DNA from: Balanoglossus misakiensis | Taxonomy: Eukaryota > Animalia > Hemichordata | Reading direction: 5' to 3' | Assembly (NCBI GenBank): GCA_040954595.2 | Contig: CM082587.2 | Coordinates: 5,754,206 to 5,818,205, forward strand | Length of the DNA stretch: 64,000 nt | Part shown: positions 13,954-25,162 of the stretch, piece after piece | Layout: each line of letters starts with the position of its first letter | Numbering within the stretch: the first letter of the stretch is position 1 | The notes under the pieces: model-generated | What the model was told of the DNA's origin: nothing | Databases searched by the model: none | The model's input: the letters and a program-made list of their open reading frames with translations, nothing else | Translations under genes and position numbers: made by a program

Positions 13954-16900
13954 ACACACATACACACACACACACACACACTAACAAACACACACAAAAA
14001 CACAAGGTTACCTCCCCATCAAACAAAGAGCACACAGATTTAGAAAGCAAAATACGCCTAATCCCCCCGACCATTGTCACACACACTCTAAAGTGGCTAC
14101 ATTCCAACATGCAATTGTACAAGCTGTGGTCCGGAGCGACAATGCAAATAAAACACTGGAGTCTGAACATGAATACCACAGAAGTCAAACACTAAAATCA
14201 GAGGGAATATTACTTAAATAACTTTTCCAAAAAGAACTCACTACTTCAATTAAAAGGGTCTAATGTGAAAGTTACATACAATCATAGACAGTAGTCTATG
14301 ATTCATTTGTATACAGAAAAACAACTTCAATGTGTGTTTCTTCAGTATTAGTACAAGCATAGACAGTCTATGGTACAAGTAGATTATTAAATTGCTTGTG
14401 GTAATGTTCAAAACATCTTAACTTTGATTTGAAAACAATCAAACAAATACAAGGATGCAAGATACATGTACGGTGCATTTCAAAACAGACAACACACTTG
14501 AAGTCAAGAATGTACTAGACTTTGGGATGAACTAGTGCGCGTTTGTAAGCCGCAACATGTAAATGGCGAGCCAAAGTAAAGTATGTGCACGTGCATTCAG
14601 CTATGAACTGGAAAGCAGAAATCACAAGTGGAGACGGCCCTCAAGCAGTCTTGCACATGGTAAACACGCCGGCACTGTTGCCAAACAACCGCCTCCATGT
14701 TCACAGTCAAACACCATCACCCGGGTTCTCAAAAGGAGCGACCCTCTCAGTCATGTTTGCTGAATGTCAACAGCAATGAAATTGACATGGCCATTGACTT
14801 GGGGTTGAAATTGACATGGCCTTTGAAGAGAGTGCGACTGGGGAACTGGCCGCTCAAGGCCGGCAAGACGGAGGGCAGGGTATTGAAAAGAACACACACC
14901 CTTTTGAGAAAACAGATCGGCGCGATTAAACACCCGGGCCATTCAGTCAAAACCGATAATGCCTCAAATGCGACACGAAATGTAAACACTGCCATGTTTC
15001 CGATATCAAGATTACAATCGCCATTAAATGTTTGGACTGGATTGATTGATGCAAGATAGGTTTTTCTTCTCCTGAAAAGCTGTTCTTTTTATAGAAAGGT
15101 CAGGGTGAGCCTATAGGAGTGCTGTACCAATTCAGGGTCACTGCACTGTGAATCACCTTTCATAATCATACACACATTGTGAAAATGAAGACACAGGTTA
15201 TTCTACTATCAGTGTTATCTACTAAGTAAAAGGCTGAGTTAGTCATATGGAAAAAAAAAAATTCAAATTTTCAAACTCGATGTCCACAACAACAAATTGA
15301 AGAAGTGAGGACAGTATCTTTCAAAGCCAAAACACAAAAAGTAATTTCAAATTCTACAATGACAGATTCGGAACGCGCTTCTACACAAACTGTTTGGTTG
15401 TCATGGTTACGACCTTTGCCACCCTCAGAGAGTTGATGATGCCAAATGGTTATCATCCGCAAGAGAAGCCAGGCACCGGTGCACGCCAAATTGCCAAGGG
15501 AATCATCAACAGATAATGTGCGTACTGTACAGCAACGGAACTGCCTGGCAACCGTTGCCTGGCAACCGTTGCCGTACATTACTCAATTCCGCTTGTTGGC
15601 ACAACAATCATCTCTGTGTTCACAGAACCATTGGGATCCTAATTACTTTGTCAGTTACACAATGACTGGAAAAATGTCAGCCTTTTAATTGGGTCAGCGA
15701 GGCTCAGGTCCCCTGTTGGTTTCAGAATTCTTCCACAGTAGAGATTACTGGTATCGTCACCTCCATGCCACTGCTTCTAAACCTGTTGCTTTTCCTTCTC
15801 TGGCCACAGCAAGTAAATTCCTTGTTTTGCGTCCACTCACACACACATTGTAGGTTTTCGAGTATGGCTTTTCCTGAGTAACCAAACCCAAAGCTAGCAC
15901 ATAATATGTAAAAATGTACAGGATACAGTTGATAGCAAGTCAACGATGTGCAGAGTATACATGCACCTGACTGTACATCATTGCAACAAATGTGTTACTT
16001 TTTAAAAACTCATTTCCACACTTTTTTATAAGACATGTACCCATTGGTGGGTTTCTGTGAAGTTTTCAGTCAATGCCAAAGATGTCACACATGTGCAGTT
16101 CAACCTGACCACATTTGTGCAAACAGTCTGAATATTACAACTCGACATTTTCCCACGAAAGTATCTTGTCTTGTACACTGTAATGTTTACATTTCATGTG
16201 TAGCACACGTGTAGTCCATATGCGATCGAACAGGAGCAACACTCTCCACAAAAACGACATGTATGTACCGGTACGTCAATTTCTTCTGGCAAATGATTTG
16301 AAATAACATTCACATACATACATGTATTATTATTACACATGTTCAAAGACACAAGATGGACAAGCTTGGACACACAGACATTGAGACAGAAAAAGTCACC
16401 CACACCATTACCAACAAGGAACGTACCTATTAGGCTCCCCACACCTGTCGCTGCACATGTAATAGAACCCTGTCTCGCTCGGCATTTCTTCAGACTTCTA
16501 TCCTGAACCGACAGCCGGTAAAACGGAAACCACCCAACGGATCTTGCAAACAAAAACCACAAACCGTCACATCACAACTCCCACCGCAAGTAGAGGACCA
16601 ACATTTTCAACTTTCGATGCCACATCGATGTATCCATAGGCGACAGGCAAGGTTACATAACCAAGACACAGTGGCTGGGTTTTCTTTCTTTGCGGATACA
16701 GATTATAATTTAATGTAGTCAATATCATCGTTCATTACGCACACTGGCAAGCCTGGATAAAATATTGATAGAGTCTATCTGTTGCACTGAATCATTCATG
16801 CATACACCTTGAGAAAATAAATGGTCTCACTCCATTTATGTTCAAGCAATAGGTATTACTATTAGGCACCAAAATGGAGTTTAATACAAATGTATGAAGA

Positions 16901-19900
16901 AATTAAATTTCAAATCTTAGTATTAATTTCGTGAACTATCGGAAAACCAAAAACTAAAAAAAAAACCCACCAAAGGTTCTAACTTCTTACATGTGTACAT
17001 AAACATTTGTATATTATGTGCAGTTCTACCAAATCAGAAAATTTGTCTTTGATGAAAGAAATCAATATATTTATGAAAACTTTGGTTTATGCACACAGCA
17101 CACTGACAATACAATACAGATTGGAGAATACAGGATCGAAGGTGGCGAATATTGACAAAAGGACAATCATTGTGCGATCAAATCTCTTATTTATATGTTT
17201 TAAAGATCTATTATTAACCAGCTTGCTGTAGAAAAATCAATACGTTGTTCATATTTTTTTGCAGCCGTCTGACAATGACATCAATGGACACTGTGTAATC
17301 CAGGGGTCTGTGGGTGTATTTACGTGCAATACCTGTCGGAACGTGCTTTAAGAGACGAAATTCGAACTCGTTAGGCGCTCGCGAAGTTCGTGAAAATTTA
17401 TTCGCAAAAAAAATCCTGTTTTACAGTATATCGGATCAGGCTGCTATCAATGTCATATCAAATATCTCAGTGGAAATCTGTAGGATTATCAGTGACATCA
17501 TATGGACTAAATCAATGTCAACAACGCTTAGTGTAAGACTCAGAACTTTGGTGATCAAGATCAAGATGTAAAAATGTAATTAATTAAAGGGACAAAGTCT
17601 CTCTCTCTCGCTGACCTTTTTCCATGAATTATGTTTGATACAAGACACCGTTTATGTTATTCTACACGTGGATACATAGTGAATCAACGTTCAACCACAC
17701 ACTTCCATCCCAATTGTAGACACAAGAGTAAAAACTCGCCAAATGAATAATCGGTGTTTACCATTTATTCATTTGAGCAAGATTTTTACTCTCATATCCT
17801 AAAAACAGGATGGAAGTTGTCAGTAAAGAAAGCGCAAATTCCTAGTAATTGTCGGAGACAGGCATGAGTTGACAGCTTCTGCTGATACCATACTGAAGTC
17901 CCAGCCCAGATTCATCATGTACACCTACATGCGTCACGATACACTGTCTGATAGCACAATATCTCAGAATCAGATGGTAGGGTACACAATGTTCAAGCAC
18001 TGAAATTACTTCTGGCAACCAGGATACAACTGATATCATGCTAAATTGCTCCTGAATGCGTCAGAATGCCAATCTCTGATCAAACAGAGAGTCAGGAAGG
18101 AACAACAACTCCCACACACTATCTGGGCATTCTGTACCACAAACTGAAGCTGGGAATCGAGGTTTTAGTTCAATTCAGTTGTCAGCTCTGCAAAACCTAT
18201 CTCGGCTTGGCTCGTAGTTGTACATTACTCATGACTGACTGAGTGAGTCAAGCTTTTTCTTGTCTTGCACTACATGTACGACCACAGTTTGATATCAACA
18301 GGTGGTCTGAAGGTGCCCATATAGTCGTCTTGCAAAACAGAATTGTTGGCTTGTTTTAAAGAAGTTTCTCGGGATTTAAAAGAAAAATCTGGTCGGCACA
18401 TTTTTGTCACAGGATTCTGTGAAACACGTGCATGTGATTTGAGGGAGGGAAAGGCTGTGGGTGTAGTTTAAGATGGCTGCGTCTGGTTTTACAAAAGATG
18501 GGATTTACCGGGAGCAAGGTGGGAAAGAGCGAAGGAAGAAATACAATCTCACAGGAAAAAGTAGGAATGTTGGGGAGAGAAATTTAAGGCTCAATGAAAT
18601 CACAAATCATGGAGGGTAATAATTTCAAATGGTTATTACACAGACATATTTATGCTGGAGTTACATGTGTGTATCAATGTGTACACGTACAGACGATATG
18701 TCATGGCCCGAACAATGGCATACACAATGTCCTTTAGAAAAAAACACCACAAGTCTTAATCTGTGGAAATCGGGTCTTGTATTGTGCCTGACATACTTGC
18801 GCCGTGTGCAGACATCTGAAATTACAGTGTAACCGTAGCCAAGAGTTACAAATGTACTACATGTATATATAAAGCCACTGTGCTGGACCAGATTCAACTC
18901 CAGTCTTTTGCATATGTCCACTTAAATAGTAGTCTTTTTATTTCGTTTGTTTCATTGTTCATGTTATTTTCGACTGATTCTGGACACTGTTAAGGATATT
19001 TTCACATCAATTTTCAAACAAAACAGGCAGATTACAAGAAGATCACTTAATTTTTAAAATTAACTGTCTTTTTAGTTTTCCTGTTTCCTTTTTCATCAGA
19101 CCGTCAGACCCATACCTTTTCTGAAATTAAAAGCACCCTAAAATGACGTGATCATGACATATGCATGTGCACTTCATAAAATTAATGGTAAGCCGGGGCA
19201 ACATAAGGCTCCGCTCTTTTCACTGCCCGGTCTGACAACAAAACCCAACTGAGAAGATCAGCAGTAAAGTTTATAAGTGTGAGACAACTCTGCTAGCAAC
19301 ACAGTCAAGGTCAGTATGGACATAGAACACTTCCTACTTCAGAACCCTGCAGGTAGCACACTGATCTTATAAAACCCGATTCTGAATTCACCTCCTGCTG
19401 ATGACATGTTACCGTGGAAACAGGGTGACAGCTCCGGGGAGTTTCCTTCCAATTTCCTGTTCGTTGCCCATTCAAAATGAAAATCGCAGAATGGTGGAAA
19501 TTACGGTTATTAAACATTTGACACCACGAATTGAAGTCGAAAACAAACATCGGATGGCAGGCTATAAAAGTTCTGCAAATGATTATTTCAGTGACCTTAC
19601 AACATAACCAAGTGGTTTTATTACTGTTACTGCTGTTATTGGGCACTTTATCAGTTGTGTTTTGTTCGGTCGTGGTAAAAATTCTGATGAAAATGATCGG
19701 TTTACATGTGCAGTTCATTATCCTTGCATCAGTACATGTTATTTTTTTTCTTCCACTGATGTCAATGGTATCACTTACATTCAGCATGGAATGACAATAC
19801 ACGTACCACCTTTAATTTGGTATGCATCAGGAGCGCTTTTAACAAAATCTTTGACTGCAGGTAAATGAAGTAATCAACCGTAAAAGAAATGTAATTACAT

Positions 19901-21544
19901 GTACCCTGTAGGCTGGCCTCTTTCTGTGTGTTTGTGGAAATACAACTGACCCACCAGCTTAGCCCATGAAGTTACCGGTAGTAAATTTACCAAGGAGTAA
20001 TTTGATTGGTATCCGATGTTCCATTTCTTTCATCTTGTTGAAAGATTGAATTAGCCAAGATTTTTTTTTCGAAATCCTGCCAGAATCTCATTCTGTCTAC
20101 ACGATCATACATGTACTGAACAAAAATCACTTTTACATGCAGAGAATTATAAATATTGGGAATGTTGTCCTATTCCACACTGTACAAATGTACTCAACAC
20201 TAACTGCCTTGCATGAACATGGAGCACTGTACAACAGAGTACAAAGCTGAAAATTAAAGCACATTCTATGTGCCTATCATATCTCTGCCGTGGCAGGGCT
20301 GTGTGTCTTATGACGATGCCTCCACACCCCAAGTGGCATATCTGTAAGACACACAGCCCTGTCACGCAGAGCTATGCCTATCATAACTTGTTCAAACTTA
20401 GAATGAAAGAACTGACTATACTACTCACTTTGGTCTACAATGTATCACTGTAACTGGCTGCGATACCACATCGTTGGGAATACTATACAGACAATTTATT
20501 AAGCGCAGGGGGCTGGGTATTTAAGCGACAATATTGGTGAAGTAGCTGTATCACTAAACAGCCAACGAGCATCTCAAATGCATTGCACTGAGCCAGGGTG
20601 GTAACCCGGCAGAGTTGAGATCATAACTTGACACTGGCCATAGAAACACTTGTATGTCATCCCAATCAGTACAAGCGCAATATTTCACTCTGCAACATAC
20701 ACAAAACATCATGGCGTTACATTTGGCCTAGTTTCAAAAATTTTCACCATGTAACTTTTGGAAGGAGTCTTCACCTGTTGCATAGACAAAATTATAAAAG
20801 GATCCGCCTTTTTGGTTTGGCATTGTATGACCCAGGAAACTGCTTAATTAATAGTAATTAACACCTTTTGTTTTCCTTTCCTTAGTCATTTGTAAATTAT
20901 GTACGTTATATGCATTCCTTCGTCCCGTTATCTTCTGTACCATGGAGGTACTACAATTGTGACCTAGAAGAGAGGCCACAACTGCCGTGGCTAGAAAATT
21001 TCCAACAGGAAACTTGGCGTGTTAATACAGGTCTAATCGGAATTCTGCCCAGACCGTACAGTTATATTTGTGACGGAAGATCGGAGCTGTTGCAACCTTC
21101 AAATGAGCATGTCACCCAATATAAATGTATGATCTGTGTAGAACCGACCCACAAAGACAGGATATATCATGTACACACACTCTAACAACTTGTTATTGGG
21201 AGTTTAACAGGCTGTAAATCCAATATCGAAGCGGTTGAGTGTCGATAAACCGAACACATAATCGCATTGGCAGAGCGACTGCAGACGCGATCTAAATCAC
21301 TGTCAACAAGACAAGACGCCTGGCGTCAGATTTTGCGTTCATACCTTGAATTCTTGGCGGACAGAAGTCGTACCAGGCCCCATAGGAAGTCTTCTGAGCC
21401 CGAGTGGCTGATAAATGAATTGACCGTCCTGGGTTTATCCTTGTGCAGATCGTCAACAAAATACTCTAAAGCCACATGAGCTTCGCCAGTATCCTTGAAC
21501 ATCAACAACGGGAAATATTCCCGTTCCTTCCAGTGAAGAGACAT
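1343..21544 (-). CDS. Multi-exon gene: armadillo/HEAT-like repeats + 3 fibronectin type III domains + long disordered C-terminal tail (~1138 aa, uncharacterized)
   Basis: complement(join 21345-21544, 10877-11057, 10362-10492, 10114-10214, 9734-9828, 9251-9447, 8867-8945, 8423-8612, 7783-8049, 7583-7662, 7416-7482, 6224-6420, 5681-5750, 5294-5368, 4967-5178, 2989-3091, 2661-2704, 1343-2470). All introns are GT-AG with matching phases; total 3417 nt, open throughout. Repeated ARM-like motif (VAGNSAYILGTLA, SVMNAAGTMGTLA, TASNAALVLARLT, GMNAAFAIGRLC, CSKNACFAISCLA). FN3 W/Y motifs follow. Confidence 0.88.
2661..2704 (-). CDS. ARM-FN3 gene exon 17 (GQSRPSSRTAEANGE)
   Basis: ttctcag| ... GAG|gtaaga; phase 1 to 0, bridges the neighbouring exons. 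Confidence 0.72.
2989..3091 (-). CDS. ARM-FN3 gene exon 16 (PRQSHGQ...QQHQP)
   Basis: gtttcag| ... CAG|gtaacg; phase 0 to 1. Confidence 0.7.
4967..5178 (-). CDS. ARM-FN3 gene exon 15 (LILSPTSRGRFELK...KTPSGSR)
   Basis: attcag| ... AGG|gtaagc; phase 1 to 0. Confidence 0.78.
5294..5368 (-). CDS. ARM-FN3 gene exon 14 (YNGIPSTGPLFASPPVRQDDRQPKS)
   Basis: gtgtag| ... T|gtaagt; symmetric phase 1-1 exon. Confidence 0.7.
5496..5639. mobile_element. Short internally deleted MITE (TTAA-AGG terminus)
   Basis: ttaa-aggtatacggtcacc ... ggtgactgtatacc inverted termini. Confidence 0.55.
5681..5750 (-). CDS. ARM-FN3 gene exon 13 (end of FN3 #3, VIAVTSEGRCES)
   Basis: tttctcag| ... T|gttagt; completes FN3 strands F-G. 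Confidence 0.88.
6224..6420 (-). CDS. ARM-FN3 gene exon 12 (FN3 #3)
   Basis: APDKPSLTVHGKSEIYVSWDHPELPLG...LKHDTEYYFT; gtacag| ... ACA|gtaagt. Confidence 0.92.
7416..7482 (-). CDS. ARM-FN3 gene exon 11 (end of FN3 #2)
   Basis: VCAVTSKGKGQRASLSATTTEL; catcag| ... G|gtgagt. Confidence 0.9.
7583..7662 (-). CDS. ARM-FN3 gene exon 10 (FN3 #2)
   Basis: KTPIDNTTELNSIVMGLAAGTTYEIQ; ttacag| ... CAG|gtaaga. Confidence 0.9.
7783..8049 (-). CDS. ARM-FN3 gene exon 9 (FN3 #1 and #2)
   Basis: DLRPDRQYSFKL...VPEAPTDLRV...WAPPEFPNGTIRGYVV; aaccag| ... G|gtaagt. Confidence 0.93.
8423..8612 (-). CDS. ARM-FN3 gene exon 8 (ARM to FN3 #1 junction)
   Basis: EAETKPKISEDLKEEVLLTLELL...PAPPRIQVTDSSSVTAEW; ctacag| ... 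G|gtaaag. Confidence 0.92.
8867..8945 (-). CDS. ARM-FN3 gene exon 7
   Basis: TLRTLASKRKGCLRLRDHKQVLLSLK; tcacag| ... AAG|gtaagt. Confidence 0.9.
9033..9232. mobile_element. Partial MITE (TTAA-AGGGACAAAGT terminus family)
   Basis: Reverse-complement match to 17584-17790; ends actttgtccct-ttaa. Confidence 0.75.
9251..9447 (-). CDS. ARM-FN3 gene exon 6 (ARM repeats)
   Basis: LSSLCTMLGSDDMGCSKNACFAISCLAG...ETGWFAAM; ctgcag| ... AT|gtgagt. Confidence 0.92.
9734..9828 (-). CDS. ARM-FN3 gene exon 5 (ARM repeat)
   Basis: RGMNAAFAIGRLCDMETGRARLL; tgacag| ... ATG|gtaagt. Confidence 0.92.
10114..10214 (-). CDS. ARM-FN3 gene exon 4 (ARM repeat)
   Basis: LTISEAGSNSLLDHEQSTGILTKLVLSLGLDDA; ttacag| ... 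G|gttagt. Confidence 0.9.
10362..10492 (-). CDS. ARM-FN3 gene exon 3 (ARM repeat)
   Basis: AESPEGRDWILHHDCL...NMWTASNAALVLAR; ctgcag| ... AG|gtgggt. Confidence 0.92.
10664..10864. repeat. Compound (CA)n microsatellite with a duplicated catacatgtactaccaacaca unit
   Basis: Direct reading. Confidence 0.95.
10877..11057 (-). CDS. ARM-FN3 gene exon 2 (ARM repeats)
   Basis: VAGNSAYILGTLAESDQGQ...DDPESVMNAAGTMGTL; ttgcag| ... CTG|gtaagt. Confidence 0.93.
13869..13981. repeat. (CA)n microsatellite
   Basis: Direct reading. Confidence 0.97.
15554..15566. promoter_or_regulatory. Palindromic X-box (RFX-type) motif GTTGCCTGGCAAC within a short 14-bp tandem repeat
   Basis: Matches GTNRCC-N-RGYAAC; function not demonstrated. 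Confidence 0.35.
17584..17820. mobile_element. Partial MITE (same family as 9033-9232)
   Basis: Starts ttaa-agggacaaagt; internal palindrome around aaatgaataatcggtgtttaccatttattcattt. Confidence 0.75.
21345..21544 (-). CDS. ARM-FN3 gene exon 1 (MSLHWKEREYFPLL...LWGLVRLLSAKNS)
   Basis: ATG at 21544, donor AAG|gtatga in phase 2, matching the acceptor at 11057. The join gives LLSAKNSR-VAGNSAYILG, a continuous ARM repeat. CpG-rich upstream region. Confidence 0.82.
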
Positions 21545-22249
21545 GCTAGCTCCGTTCTCGACGATCACATATTCCTCGCGAAATGTGGGCGGTATAAAAT
21601 ACTCAAATGGTTGTGTTCAAGGCGACACTGAAGGCTTTCATTCACGCCGTTTCCCCGTTGAAGACCTTCGCTTAGCGTCCCCGTTGCTGGACGTTGTCAT
21701 GTTTGTAGGTTGCCATTTCTTATGCAAATATTAAAAACCCCTAGGATGTGTACGATTTAAGAAAAAGGGGATGTCCGTTTTTAACGACTGATGATTAACG
21801 CCACGAAATTATAATCCGGATTACATAATAAAAGACGGCAATATATGCTTCAAATAGTTTCAAATGTATGTACTATGTGTCCTTAAGTAGATTTAACAAA
21901 AAACAATCTGAGAATCAACATTCGTATATAAGCAGCCATATTATTTTTCTGTGCATGCTAGGGCTACAGTAGTTAGGTCTTAACCTTTGACCTCGTGAAG
22001 ACTTCGACGCGACGGCGCGGCCGAGGTGCGTAAGCGCTGGGACATGACGAGCGTGACGCTGATGCGAGGATTGCATTCAAATTGTTGTTTATTACAACTT
22101 CTGTGTAGTATCTCAGTGATGTTCATTATCTCTAAGCAAGTGATACTTCACAGAATATTTGGCGAGTCCAGCGCAGCGTTTGGATATATCTGGTCGTAGA
22201 GGGCGATGTTCCAATGATAGGTGAGTAGATTCCAATGCTGGTGACACAC

Positions 22250-22433
22250 CTGTAAAACATTTTATTTTCGCGAGCATTAAATTTACGCTAAATACGCGAG
22301 AGCCAAAAAAAAGACTCACGTACATATAGTTGTGAAAGAACAATGTGTGAAAACGCGAAAATTAATACTCGCGTAACAGTGGCCTCGCTCGATATCGCGA
22401 AAATTTTGACTCGCGAAAAAAAGTGTTTTACAG
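22250..22433. mobile_element. Short MITE (ctgtaaaaca ... tgttttacag); related fragment at ~17370-17427
   Basis: Inverted termini and internal tcgcgaaa repeats; absent from the paralogous copy near 26660. Confidence 0.7.
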
Positions 22434-23083
22434 TAGTGTATGCGAACACCCACGGTCACGTCCAAGGAAAGAGATAACTGCCTTTCGATATGCCAATAAC
22501 TATGCTGTAATGTCGTCATCGTAACAACGTGCTTTATGGGATATCCAAATTTTCCGGACATTCATCACAACACACACCTGCCCCAATCGCCCTGCCTCAT
22601 TAGGCTAGATCCAAGTTTGATTTCCATAAAAATCGAGAATTTGTTTTTATTTAATTCACGAAAATTGACAATTACCATCAATACGCCTACATCTTACTAT
22701 AAGTTAGTATACATAACAAATTATATTAATACAAATACGCCTGAAACTGGCACGCACAATATTCTGAGATGGTAAACAACCTTTGGTACAAATAATACGT
22801 CTGATTTTACTCCTACTGTCGAATAGGAAGTGAAAGTCTCCGGAAATACTATTTTTCAAGTTTTCATTTTTCCATCAGTGCGTATTGTTAATTTTGCTGT
22901 TCTTTTTAATTGGCTTATTTCTATATTTCCAATTAAAACAATCTGCAAACATACAAGCAGAGAAACACGACTTTTCCCACATGCAAAAGTTACCCTATTG
23001 ATTAAATATTTGTGATCTAAACATTTCTGGCAAGCGATGCCGCTGCTAAAAAGCCGCGATGGCCGGCATTCCCACAACTGATC

Positions 23084-24892
23084 TTAAAAATATGCGAAGT
23101 AGTCCAATGCATTTTTGGCTCTATACTCTTCTTGCATCGCCGGTATTGGATCGTCCGGGACAATATTCACCTTACAGTGGCCGGCCAGGGCGTAAGCGTT
23201 GTAAGGGCTCACGAAGCCGGGAGGGGGTAGCGGCGATTCAATGCCACACCTTGCCCGTCCTGAATTAAAACAGGGACCGGCATTCATCATGGCCACGCAT
23301 GTCAGCGAGTTGCGACTCTTCAGGTATGCACTGAGAGCGTCAATGCACCGTTTGTGGATATTGTAGTCGTCGCAGTAATCGTCGTAGTCGATCGGTTTTG
23401 GATCTGGGGAAGGAGAGGGAACAGAACAAAAAAAAACACGTCATCATGCTGCCTGGCCGTATGAGAGAGACTAGACGGCATTAAGCTATACCTCTTGTAC
23501 TTGCATCAGTCTTTCATCTCTTGGCAACGCATACCACGACAGTACTCTTTGCGTGGAGGTCGATTAAACGGATGTGGCACCCATTTAAGATATATCACCT
23601 GTTCAAATTGCAACATACAACCATAATAGGGCATCGATACTAGTCTATTTTCATGTATACCTATCAGTGAGCTTATTTCGATGGATCAATCGAAAAGTGA
23701 AAGTAAAATCATGAAATTAATTCCAAAAGTGGCAGCTCGTGGGGCTTTAACGTCTTGCGGCACCAGTGACAACTTACTTCTAGGGGTCTCCGAGCAAAAA
23801 CCAAGATTAATCATATTCTCAAGTTTTGGTGCAATCATACCGATCCACCCATCTATGACGATAGGCATTTCTTCAGTGGCCCTCGACTTGTCACAGTTCA
23901 GACTTCTCAAACAAAGAACACGCAACTGAAAATGAATGGTTGTACTTTGTTGTTAATCTTCCGCTGGTTAAAAAAAAATACGGTCACGCTATTTCAGAAA
24001 TTTTACCGTCTTGAAAAGCCTGTTCACACGAACGGAGGAATTAGCTACATGTAGTGTGTGGACAGACATGCAGGCAGGCAGGCAGACAGACGTGACAACG
24101 AGAAAAAGGGGTATGGACATAGTGACAATCTAAACTTGAGACAAACTAACAGAGATAAATTTCCAATAATCAGATGTACAGAGATTAGGAGAGAAACGGC
24201 GAGACAGACAGTGAGAGACAGACAGACAGACAGACCTGGCGATAGATACACGCACAGATAAAATAGAGGAGTGTTGGTGAAGGAACGAAGACATATTATA
24301 AAGAGACGCGTCAGCTAGCAGAAACAAATAGAGACTATTACTCTGACAAAATCACAATATAGGATGCTTGTCTTGTCTTCACTCCAGTTGCGAGGATCTC
24401 TGGTGAACGTCGTCAGCATGTCTTCACAAAAGACCACGTCATCCCAAGTGCATGGCTGTGACAGAAAAATAAGGACGCGACTTTTAAAAAAAAATCACTT
24501 GCGCATTTGAAAATGGGTTGAATTATGTGGATTCGGATCTGGATTTGTGGATAATATACACGTATTTACATAAATGAAAGTAATCTCAAGATTAGAAGTT
24601 GCATGGGCCAAGACCGGACCGTGACCCAGCCCAGAAGCGTTGTGCGCAAGAGCGCCCTTAAGCGACGAAAATCACCCTTCCGCAGGAGTTTGCGCGGAAA
24701 CACAGGTGCAGTTAGGAGTACACAGGAGGTGGTCACTGAGGTGTGTTGATTTGAACGCAGTTCATCATTATATAATTGTCAAGAACAAGCTCAGATAGAC
24801 TGCAACAAAAACTGGCTTACCCTGGCATTTGCATTCACTCTGACACTGTACACTACGGCCAAAAACAAGACGGCGAGAAGAAAATTCTTCAT
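23084..24892 (-). CDS. Secreted cysteine-rich protein, paralog A (217 aa; signal peptide + two 6-Cys domains)
   Basis: complement(join 24821-24892, 24342-24455, 23778-23925, 23084-23403) = 654 nt, GT-AG, phases 0/0/1. N-terminus MKNFLLAVLFLAVVYSVRVNANAR. Putative non-coding first exon with donor at 26066; AATAAA at 22646-22651. Confidence 0.9.
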
Positions 24893-25162
24893 GATTGTCG
24901 CCGCACAAATCTCTGAAAGGGAAAGAAAAATGGATCAAAAGACTAACTTGGCAATAACCACTAATTCATTGGGGGGGGGGGGTAATAGAATCACACAGCC
25001 ACAAATGTCGGAACAAATTTCACATATTTTTCCGAAAATCAAAAAAACAAACTTCAGATTTGTTTCATACCCATCAGTTTTTCATCTCTTGGCGACACAT
25101 ACCAAGATAGCTACGTACGTTTTTGCATGGAGGCTGCTGAAATAGGTGTGGCACCCGCTTAA

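Noticed and set aside
10604-14195. His-Thr / Val-Cys rich ORFs
   Set aside because: Translations of (CA)n microsatellites in introns.
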